Positions 26,617 to 33,549 of a stretch of 33,549 bases of DNA are shown one piece after another. The stretch's first letter is position 1. The number at the start of each line of letters is the position of its first letter. Source of the DNA: Candidatus Colwellbacteria bacterium (GTDB taxonomy: Bacteria; Patescibacteriota; Minisyncoccia; UBA6257; Colwellbacteraceae); NCBI GenBank assembly GCA_030700125.1, contig JAUYKE010000003.1, forward strand, positions 1-33,549, in the 5' to 3' direction. Both the position numbers and the translations under genes were made by a program. Under the pieces are notes generated by a model. It was not told the origin of the DNA. It saw only the letters and a program-made list of their open reading frames with translations, and made no database searches.

Positions 26617-26979
26617 ATGCCCGTAAAACGAGTACACGAAAGGCAACTCTCGATTAGCAAGCACATCAGAGCTCCCGACCATCAGCGACTGGCCGATGAC
26701 CTGAAGGCGGAGATCGACCGCAAGCAACGTCAGCTTCACCGCACCCGTCTTCTCCTGGAAGATGAACGGTACCTCGGCAATCGGTCTGGACCCCAGGGGC
26801 AGTGGAAGCAGCATCGAGAGAAGCTGCAGGAGCTGCAAGTGATGGAGACCGAGCTCGTCGCCGATCTTCAAAGGCTCGATGAAAGACTGTGTCAACTCGG
26901 CGGCCATCCGAATTTCCGAACCCCGATCGTAGAGGGGTACGGATTAGCGGATGCCCTCCGAAAACTTGGCAAAGAATAG
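26617..26979 (+). CDS. Hypothetical coiled-coil protein
   Basis: 120-aa ORF downstream of a promoter; heptad-like charged helices. Confidence 0.6.
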   Translation: MPVKRVHERQLSISKHIRAPDHQRLADDLKAEIDRKQRQLHRTRLLLEDERYLGNRSGPQGQWKQHREKLQELQVMETELVADLQRLDERLCQLGGHPNFRTPIVEGYGLADALRKLGKE

Positions 26980-26994
26980 TTGAGAGGAGAGCAA

Positions 26995-27393
26995 ATGGCG
27001 AAGGTTCTTATCTTGGAGGATAGCAAGACGAGCAGAGCTCTCTTTCTAGATCAGCTTGAAGGGGAGCCGGTGGAGGTCGTGATCGCGGAGACGGCGGCAG
27101 AGGCGCGAGACTTCTTCGAAAGCGATGAATTTGATGTCATCGCGCTTGATGGTATCGCTCCGAGTGCTCCAGATCAAGGAGCATCTCTTGTCGGACCCCT
27201 CCTCGCCCGCGAGTTTCGCAACAAGGGATACAAGGGTTTCATTGTCGCGATCTCCAGTGATTCGGAGGTACGGGCGCTCACGAAGAAGGAGGCAGGGGAG
27301 AGAGTACTTCATCGCGCTTACGCTTGTGAGAAGCTCCGTCTCGCCGACCTCATTCGGGAGCTTCTTCTGGGCATCTACCCCACCTCGAAGTAG
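26995..27393 (+). CDS. Stand-alone response-regulator receiver (CheY-like) protein
   Basis: KVLILED acidic pocket, FDVIALDG phospho-Asp, IVAISS and a late Lys; GAGGAG SD. Confidence 0.8.
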   Translation: MAKVLILEDSKTSRALFLDQLEGEPVEVVIAETAAEARDFFESDEFDVIALDGIAPSAPDQGASLVGPLLAREFRNKGYKGFIVAISSDSEVRALTKKEAGERVLHRAYACEKLRLADLIRELLLGIYPTSK

Positions 27394-27398
27394 AAGTC

Positions 27399-27431
27399 TG
27401 TGAGCGGGGCGGCAATGCCGCCCCGCTCACA
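27399..27431. terminator. GC-rich hairpin after the receiver gene
   Basis: TGTGAGCGGGGCGGCA-A-TGCCGCCCCGCTCACA, 16-bp perfect arms. Confidence 0.6.
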
Positions 27432-27450
27432 CGAACTTTTTCAAAAATTT

Positions 27451-27484
27451 TCCCGTAAAACTCTTTCAGAGTCACGGGGCAGGC
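27451..27484 (-). repeat. GCCTGCCCCGTG...TTTTACGGGA hairpin repeat
   Basis: Minus strand GCCTGCCCCGTGACTCTGAAAGAGTTTTACGGGA; ends match the 21569 copy. Confidence 0.7.
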
Positions 27485-27502
27485 AAACATTTCCAAACAA
27501 AC

Positions 27503-27529
27503 CAAAACCCCGCCTAAGGCGGGGTTTTG
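27503..27529. terminator. Bidirectional terminator at the end of the 3D-domain gene
   Basis: CAAAACCCCGCCT-A-AGGCGGGGTTTTG. Confidence 0.78.
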
Positions 27530-27973
27530 TTATAAGATCTCGACTCGGGCCACTTGGGTCCCGAACCGCAGCGCTTCGTCAGTGCTTGAGAACCAAACAT
27601 CAACTTTACCGTTCATTCTACTATGCATCCGGTCTTCTACTATGAAGACCTGATCACCGAATAGCGTCGGGATTCTGATTTTGGCACCGAGGGGCAGCCA
27701 GTTGGCCGCCACAACTCCCGGCCGAACCTTTGTCCCGGCAGCGGTCATGAACGGAGTATCATCTGTTTCTCCGACCCGACTGGAGTAAGCTGTAATTACC
27801 ACTTTCACAAACCTACTTTTCGCACTTTGAGGTGTCTCAGTCGGGCTTTGGTTCAAGAGGGCTGTATCTTGAGCCACCGGCAGTGGCTCGTAGCCTACTG
27901 CGCCTCCTGTAACCGCAATTTTCAAGGTTCCAAGCATGACTAAAAGAAACGCCGAGATGAGGTATTTACTCAT
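27530..27973 (-). CDS. 3D-domain protein (putative peptidoglycan lytic transglycosylase)
   Basis: Signal peptide, TAYSS..ETDDTPFMTAAG, VAANWLPLG, VEDR and VDVW motifs. Confidence 0.88.
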   Translation of the reverse strand: MSKYLISAFLLVMLGTLKIAVTGGAVGYEPLPVAQDTALLNQSPTETPQSAKSRFVKVVITAYSSRVGETDDTPFMTAAGTKVRPGVVAANWLPLGAKIRIPTLFGDQVFIVEDRMHSRMNGKVDVWFSSTDEALRFGTQVARVEIL

Positions 27974-28021
27974 TCTGGGCAATAAAAAACCCCGTTTTAT
28001 CGGGATTTCTACTGCTCCATC

Positions 28022-28051
28022 ATCCTACCATATCGGGTCTCAAAAAGTCAA
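28022..28051 (-). promoter_or_regulatory. Sigma70-type promoter for the 3D-domain gene
   Basis: Minus strand TTGACT-18 nt-TAGGAT with a TG extension. Confidence 0.6.
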
Positions 28052-28127
28052 CCCCAACACCTAATGAGGATGTGCATGGCCTTTTTGCGCCTACGGCACT
28101 AACCCTCATTAGGTGTGGGGGTCAACC
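28047..28127. repeat. 74-nt hairpin insertion flanked by GTCAACC direct repeats
   Basis: 13-bp perfect stem ACACCTAATGAGG/CCTCATTAGGTGT plus CCCC/GGGG. Confidence 0.65.
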
Positions 28128-28153
28128 AGTCGTCTACAGGGGGTCAAGAGGAG

Positions 28154-28302
28154 CGCCCAGCACCTTGCTGTCGTAGAGAACCTCTCGCAGTTCCGCTGGG
28201 CTCGGTCCCTGAACTTGTTGAAGGGCCAGCGGAACGAGAGGAGGAGGTCCGACCGCTGGAGTCGGACAATCCGAGTTCTCATAGACAGCAAGGTGCTGGG
28301 CG
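28154..28302 (+). ncRNA. Copy 2 of the ~150-nt structured element (unidentified ncRNA or ssDNA mobile element)
   Basis: 19-bp perfect closing stem and a three-way junction; stems covary with the parB-internal copy. Transcription is not demonstrated. Confidence 0.65.
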
Positions 28303-28358
28303 ACATCCCCCTTAAAGGAAGAGGTATTGGTAAGCACCCATGTTAAAATAAAAATGCC

Positions 28359-28895
28359 ATGCGAGAATATTTTACGCCCGGAATCGTCCTTGATAGGGAA
28401 CCGAGAAACGAATTAGACGAAGACATCATCATCTACACGAAAAATTTAGGCAAAGTAAGGGCCTTCACTAAAAGTAGCCGGAAAATTACTTCTAAGCTTT
28501 CCGGTCATCTCACTCCCGGTCGCCTGGCCAACCTCAGATTTGTTGAAAGAAACAAGCTCCAATTGGTAGATGCTCTATCTCTTCCCGCGCCCGGCAACCC
28601 CAAAGAGCTTTTGTTCTTCCTCAATTTTATCAACAAAACTACCCCTTACGGCGATGCCGATTTAAGTTTATGGTATATGGTAGAAGAAATTGTTGGAGGT
28701 AATCATTTGAGTCCCGCTATTTATCGGCACCTCCTTGAACGGCTGGGATTTGGCGGGGAAGAAGTTAATTGTCATTACTGCGAAAACGGTGAAGTAAACT
28801 TCTTTGATCCGTCCGAAACTGTTTTTTTGTGTTCTAAATGCCGCCCGGTAATAAATATTGACTTTGATGAACTCATCCTTTTGGAAGAAAGTTAG
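28359..28895 (+). CDS. recO: DNA repair protein RecO (short form)
   Basis: GIVL.....E.D..I.IYTK.LGKV...KSSRKITSKLSGHL and a CxxC..CxxC Zn finger. Confidence 0.88.
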   Translation: MREYFTPGIVLDREPRNELDEDIIIYTKNLGKVRAFTKSSRKITSKLSGHLTPGRLANLRFVERNKLQLVDALSLPAPGNPKELLFFLNFINKTTPYGDADLSLWYMVEEIVGGNHLSPAIYRHLLERLGFGGEEVNCHYCENGEVNFFDPSETVFLCSKCRPVINIDFDELILLEES

Positions 28896-30591
28896 AATAC
28901 CGTTCTTTGTTGGGCTTCTTATCTTGGTGCTCGTCGCCGGTTTTTTCCTCTACGAGCGGCTGAGGGGAGGGGTGGATCTCGCTATCCAATTACCGGACGG
29001 AGAAGTAGAACTAGGAGAGCCATTTGACATGGAGATTACTCTGGCCAATAACTCCGCTAATGCCTTAAGAAACGTTCGGCTCGAGCTTCATCTTCCGGAA
29101 GGATTGCTACTGGCTGACAGACCGGACGAGAAGATTATTTCCCGAGGAATCGGCGACATGGGAAACGGCCGGCTCCACCGGGAAACCGTCAAAGTGGTCG
29201 CTGTTCCCGGAGAGAACCCCAACTACACTGCCAAGCTAGTCGCCTATTACGTGCCCGCCTCGATTTCAGCTAACCTTCAGAAAACCGAGGAAAAAGAAAC
29301 TCGGGTTAGAAAGCCGAATGTTTTGTTGGAATTGGGTGCCCCTGAGAGAATTTTCTCAAACGAAGAATTAGAAATAAAAACCTCATATAAAAATGAGTTG
29401 GAGCCAGAAAGCGGCAATTATTCGCTAGAGCTTAAGCTCAATTATCCGCCGGACTTGGATATTATTAGTCGCGAACCGATACCCAACGGAGAAAATAATA
29501 ACTGGCGGCTGGCGGATATCGGTCTCCGGGAAGGATCTGTTACCGTGCATGGCAATATAGAACTGCCGGACAGCGCCAGTTTCAACGTTAGAGCCGAACT
29601 GGTAATGAGAATTCTAGGCAAGGAGTATCCGGTTGTCTCAGCCACAAAGGATATTGCCATTAACCCCTCACCCCTCGCTTTTAGGGTCGGTCTAGGGAGC
29701 GGTAAAGAAACGGTAGAGCTCGGAGAAGAATTAATCTATTTCCTCCAGTACAAAAATAACGCCAATGTTCCTTTGGAGGATGTGGTAATTAGTGCCCAAC
29801 TTACTGGTGAGATGTTTGACTTCGGTTCCCTTGAAACCAATGGCGCGGCCGACGTCCTCACCGACACCCTAGTTTGGAGCCCTACCCAGATTAAAGATCT
29901 GGAAATATTAGAGCCGAATGAGGAAGGACAAGTTTCCTTTGCCATAAAGGTAAGAAACGATTATCCGGTCCAAGGGGTAAATAATAAGAATTTTGTATTG
30001 AAGGTTGGTGCGAGAATCGAATCGCCAACCGTTCCTCCTCCACTCACTATCAATAAAACCGTAAATTCGGGTAAATTAGAAACGAAAGTCGCCGGTAAAT
30101 TAGCCATAGAAGCCGGAGTTTTCTTTCGGGATGCGGCCGCCAAAATTGTTAATGGCGGACCAATGCCCCCGAAAGTCGGTGCGCCGACCAAGTTTACAAT
30201 CCATTGGTCTTTAAGTAATGCGGCGACCGATCTGGGAGGGGTAGAGGTCAAAGCTAAACTGGAGAATGGAGTATCTTTTACCGGCAAAGTGAAAAGCAAT
30301 ACCAACTCCTTACCCCAGTTCGATCCTGTCACAAGAGAGGTGATTTGGCGGCTGGAGCGAATACCTGCCAATAGCGGCGTTATAGAGGCAAAGCCGGAAG
30401 CAATTTTTCAAGTAGAAGCAGTTCCTTCAATCTCCCTGGTCAATGAGTATATGCCCCTTCTTAGTACCACGGAGCTAAGAGGCAGAGATGAGTTCACCGG
30501 TGCGGAGCTGCGAGGCAGCGCCTCGCCTCTCACTACCCGTCTCGAGAAAGACTCTACCGTTCAAGTAGGCGACGGCTTGGTCAGGCAATGA
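28867..30591 (+). CDS. Membrane-anchored multi-Ig-like (DUF11-like) hypothetical protein
   Basis: N-terminal TM followed by repeated beta-sandwich patterns (Y.LQYKNN...LEDVVI, LEPNEEGQVSF). Confidence 0.75.
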   Translation: MNSSFWKKVRIPFFVGLLILVLVAGFFLYERLRGGVDLAIQLPDGEVELGEPFDMEITLANNSANALRNVRLELHLPEGLLLADRPDEKIISRGIGDMGNGRLHRETVKVVAVPGENPNYTAKLVAYYVPASISANLQKTEEKETRVRKPNVLLELGAPERIFSNEELEIKTSYKNELEPESGNYSLELKLNYPPDLDIISREPIPNGENNNWRLADIGLREGSVTVHGNIELPDSASFNVRAELVMRILGKEYPVVSATKDIAINPSPLAFRVGLGSGKETVELGEELIYFLQYKNNANVPLEDVVISAQLTGEMFDFGSLETNGAADVLTDTLVWSPTQIKDLEILEPNEEGQVSFAIKVRNDYPVQGVNNKNFVLKVGARIESPTVPPPLTINKTVNSGKLETKVAGKLAIEAGVFFRDAAAKIVNGGPMPPKVGAPTKFTIHWSLSNAATDLGGVEVKAKLENGVSFTGKVKSNTNSLPQFDPVTREVIWRLERIPANSGVIEAKPEAIFQVEAVPSISLVNEYMPLLSTTELRGRDEFTGAELRGSASPLTTRLEKDSTVQVGDGLVRQ

Positions 30592-30616
30592 ATCTGTGAT
30601 ACAAAAGGAATTACTA

Positions 30617-31933
30617 ATGGAACAGAATAACTTGATGGAGAAGATAGTAAGCCTAGCAAAGAGGCGGGGTTTTATTTTCCCCAGTTCGGATATCTATGGT
30701 GGAATTACCGGTTTTTGGGACTACGGGCCTTTGGGGGTAGAGCTGAAAAACAATATCAAGCGTGAGTGGTGGAAGAACATGGTTTACAAACGCGACGATG
30801 TTGTTGGGATTGACGCCGCTATTATTATGAACCCTGAAGTTTGGAAAGCGTCGGGTCATATAGCAGCATTTAGTGACCCCCTCGTAGAGTGTAAGGTATG
30901 TCACAACCGCTTTAGAGCTGATGACAAAGAGGTAATAATTAACCACGAAAAGACTCCACACAATATAAATGGAGTTTTGGTGCCTGTTGAATGGACAGAC
31001 CCTCGTAATTTTAATCTTTTGATTAGGGCTTACTTAGGTGTCGTCGAGGCGCAACAGAACGAAGTTTATCTCCGTGGAGAAATTACCCAAGGAGTTTTCG
31101 CTAATTTTAAAAACATCGTTTCCTCCTCCAGGGTAAGAGTCCCTTTTGGTGTAGCTCAAATCGGGAAAGCTTTCCGCAACGAAATTACCCCAGGACACTT
31201 TACTTTTCGCAGTCGAGAATTCGAGCAGATGGAAGTAGAATACTTCATCAAGCCAGAGGAAGAAGAAGGAGAAAAAGCATTTGATTATTGGAAAAAAGAA
31301 CGGATGCAATGGTATCTCGGTTTAGGAATGAAGAAGGAAAATCTTCGATTTCGTCCTCATGAGCCCGATGAACGCGCTCACTATGCTCGTTCTGCCGAAG
31401 ATATTGAGTATAATGCTCCCTTCGGGTGGAAAGAACTGGAGGGTATTCACCACCGGGGGGATTGGGATCTATCTCGGCATAAAATTAAATACCAGGATCC
31501 GGATGCAGGCGAAGAATACACCCCGTGGGTAATTGAGACCTCCGGGGGAATTGATCGAGCAACCCTGTTCTTCCTTATTGACGCTTATAGCGAGGATAAA
31601 GATAGGGTAGTTCTCAAACTTCACCCAAAAATCGCCCCTTACAAAGCCGCTGTCTTTCCACTTTTAGCCAATAAGCCCGAGCTTATTAGCTTGGCCAGAA
31701 AAGTCTACGACGATTTACGTCAGCATTTCCCGACTGCTTGGGACGACCGAGGTAATATCGGCAAGCGCTACTACTCCCAAGATGAGATTGGCACCCCTTA
31801 TTGCATAACGGTTGATCACCAGTCCCTGGAAGACAAGACTGTTACTGTTCGCGACCGCGACACCACCGAACAGAAAAGAATAGCCATCCAGAAATTAGCA
31901 GATTACCTAAAAGACCAAGTTTATGAATTTTAA
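30617..31933 (+). CDS. glyQS: Glycine-tRNA ligase, alpha2 type
   Basis: LAKRRGFIFPSS.IYGG, AQIGKAFRNEITP, REFEQME, ELEGI and IGKRYYSQDEIGTP motifs; AAGGA precedes ATG 30617. Confidence 0.96.
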   Translation: MEQNNLMEKIVSLAKRRGFIFPSSDIYGGITGFWDYGPLGVELKNNIKREWWKNMVYKRDDVVGIDAAIIMNPEVWKASGHIAAFSDPLVECKVCHNRFRADDKEVIINHEKTPHNINGVLVPVEWTDPRNFNLLIRAYLGVVEAQQNEVYLRGEITQGVFANFKNIVSSSRVRVPFGVAQIGKAFRNEITPGHFTFRSREFEQMEVEYFIKPEEEEGEKAFDYWKKERMQWYLGLGMKKENLRFRPHEPDERAHYARSAEDIEYNAPFGWKELEGIHHRGDWDLSRHKIKYQDPDAGEEYTPWVIETSGGIDRATLFFLIDAYSEDKDRVVLKLHPKIAPYKAAVFPLLANKPELISLARKVYDDLRQHFPTAWDDRGNIGKRYYSQDEIGTPYCITVDHQSLEDKTVTVRDRDTTEQKRIAIQKLADYLKDQVYEF

Positions 31934-33194
31934 GAAAACGGTTTTAGACAACGGTCTTCGAATCATTACCGCTCCTCAGCCGGATAATCCGGCGGTTACC
32001 ATTTTAGTTTTAGTGGAAGCCGGCTCGGAGTACGAAACTAAAGAGATTAACGGCCTCTCGCACTTCTTGGAACATCTCTGTTTTAAGGGGACTAAAAAAA
32101 GACCGAAAGCCATTGATATCGCCGGGGAATTGGACGGAATCGGCGCCCTTTACAACGCTTTTACCAGCCAGGAATTTACCGGTTATTTTGCTAAAGCTGA
32201 AGCTAAGCATTTCGGTAAAATTCTTGATGTCGTCTCTGATATCTATTTAAACTCGGTCTTTGACCCGAAGGAGATAGATAAAGAAAGAGGGGTGATTATC
32301 GAAGAAATTAATATGTATGAGGACCTGCCGATGGCGAGAGTTCACTACCTTTTTTTGGAGCTCCTCTATGGCGATCAGCCGGCCGGCTGGAACATTGTGG
32401 GGGAGAAAGAAATTATTAGAGCCCTGAAGCGTGAAGACTTTATCGCCTATCGCAAGAAACATTACTTGGCTGGAAAGACCATCGTCATTGTGGCCGGGAA
32501 TGTTAAGGAAGACGAAGCGATAGCTAAAGTAGAAAATATTTTTACAGATATCCCAACCGGTACTGAAGTTAAAAAAGCAAAACCCAAAGAAACTCAAGAG
32601 AAACCGGAACTTCTGGTGAAATTTAAAGAATCAGATCAAACTCACCTTATCTTAGGGGTCAGGGGTTATGACATTTTTGATAAACGTCGTTTTACCGTTG
32701 ATGTTATTAGCGATATCTTAGGCGGAGGTATGAGCTCCCGGCTGTTCCAAAAAATAAGGGAAGAAATGGGAGCGGCCTATTACGTTGGCGCCGGCTCTGA
32801 ATTTTTCAGCGATCATGGTTATCTTAGGGCTTCGGCCGGCATTGATCGCCAAAGACTACAGGAAGTTATTGAGGCAATTACTGCCGAATTCAAGCGACTG
32901 AAAGAGGAGCCAATTTCCCAGACCGAACTTCAGCGGGTCAAAGACCACCTTATCGGCAGCTTAATGCTAGGGTTGGAAACTTCAGATGACTTGGCCAGAT
33001 TCTACGGCGGTCAAGAGGTAATTGAGCGGAAAATTATGATGCCCGAAGAAATAGCAAGGCAAATTCAAGCGGTTACCGTAGAAGAGATTCAAGAGGTTGC
33101 CGAAGACCTCTTTCGGGACGAACGCTTAAACCTGGCTGTTATTGGCCCTATCCAAAATGGCGACCAATTGCGGCCGGCACTTAAAATAGATTAA
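31923..33194 (+). CDS. M16-family zinc peptidase
   Basis: Inverted zinc motif HFLEH, NAFTS, ERGVIIEEI and LGGGMSSRLFQKIRE. Confidence 0.95.
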   Translation: MNFKKTVLDNGLRIITAPQPDNPAVTILVLVEAGSEYETKEINGLSHFLEHLCFKGTKKRPKAIDIAGELDGIGALYNAFTSQEFTGYFAKAEAKHFGKILDVVSDIYLNSVFDPKEIDKERGVIIEEINMYEDLPMARVHYLFLELLYGDQPAGWNIVGEKEIIRALKREDFIAYRKKHYLAGKTIVIVAGNVKEDEAIAKVENIFTDIPTGTEVKKAKPKETQEKPELLVKFKESDQTHLILGVRGYDIFDKRRFTVDVISDILGGGMSSRLFQKIREEMGAAYYVGAGSEFFSDHGYLRASAGIDRQRLQEVIEAITAEFKRLKEEPISQTELQRVKDHLIGSLMLGLETSDDLARFYGGQEVIERKIMMPEEIARQIQAVTVEEIQEVAEDLFRDERLNLAVIGPIQNGDQLRPALKID

Positions 33195-33216
33195 AATAGA
33201 ATAGAATAAAAGGTAG

Positions 33217-33549
33217 ATGACAAGGCAAGTCACAGAAGTCTCTTGGGTGACGCTCTGGCGGATTTTGGCCATGGCGCTTTTTATTGGCGCCCTCTATCTA
33301 ATGAGGGAAGCGGTAATCATCGTCCTCCTGGCCCTCGTTATCTCCACCGCCCTTCACCCGCCCGTGGCCTTTCTTCATAGGTGGAAAATTCCTCGTATTT
33401 TAGGGACGATTATTCTCTTCCTGGCGGTCTTCGTCATCTTGGCCTTCATCGTCTATGCCTTGCTGCATGTTGTCATCCTCGAATTAAATTCTGTCGTTAG
33501 GGACTTATCTGAATTAACCACTCGGTTCTTTGGCTTTCAGGCACCGGCC
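33217..33549 (+). CDS. AI-2E family transporter (PerM-like), 5' part, truncated by the window end
   Basis: Own translation from ATG 33217: MTRQVTEVSWVTLWRIL...LLALVISTALHPPVAFLHRWKIPRILG, open to the window end. Confidence 0.8.
   Translation, partial: MTRQVTEVSWVTLWRILAMALFIGALYLMREAVIIVLLALVISTALHPPVAFLHRWKIPRILGTIILFLAVFVILAFIVYALLHVVILELNSVVRDLSELTTRFFGFQAPA

Noticed and set aside
27400-27645. 81-aa ORF, and the many short antisense ORFs within rpoBC, topA, glyQS and others
   Set aside because: It spans terminator hairpins and overlaps the 3D gene; the others are shadow ORFs of well-supported genes.
28120-28340. RNase P RNA, tmRNA, SRP RNA, 6S RNA or c-di-AMP riboswitch as the identity of the structured region
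   Set aside because: There is no GAGGAAAGUCC/CGGCUUA P4 pair, no tRNA-like ends with a T-loop, no SRP domain IV motif and no ydaO consensus. A second copy inside parB also argues against a single-copy housekeeping RNA. A cmscan is still needed.
28109-28346. Four overlapping 65-77 aa ORFs
   Set aside because: These are by-products of a GC-rich palindromic element and show no protein motifs.
33181-33207. TTAAAATAGA tandem duplication at the end of the M16 gene
   Set aside because: A two-copy AT-rich duplication consistent with slippage, with no further structure.

Overview
This is a core-genome window from a Patescibacteria (CPR) bacterium, probably Parcubacteria. That assignment is inferred from the compact RpoB/RpoC, the alpha2-type GlyRS, the gene set and the scarcity of Shine-Dalgarno sites; TGA is used as a stop. 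In order the window holds the 23S rRNA 3' end and 5S rRNA, a membrane protein, rodA, mltG, rpoBC, rpsF-ssb-rpsR, a PAP2 gene, an ABC-2 pair, tRNA-Leu, parA-def-parB, rel, topA, dprA and a PilO-like gene. It continues with tRNA-Ile, a PG-binding/PKD surface protein, tRNA-Val, a DHH phosphoesterase, an RluA-family gene, rplS, tRNA-Leu, small accessory genes, a 3D-domain gene, recO, glyQS, an M16 peptidase and a partial AI-2E gene. The most striking signal is non-genic. A ~150-nt multi-stem element occurs twice, intergenic at 28154-28302 and in-frame inside parB at 14925-15072. The two copies share the same architecture and identical loop/junction motifs (GTA/ATA, CGCAG, CTGGGCTYGGT, loop CGCTGGA) while their stems differ in sequence but stay paired. 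I do not recognise this as a known family. It sits among several families of small palindromic REP/MITE-like insertions, many flanked by short direct repeats and several translated in-frame inside parB, topA and the RluA gene, plus heptamer arrays. No transposase, reverse transcriptase or CRISPR array is visible. All protein calls come from recognising motifs by eye, not from database searches.
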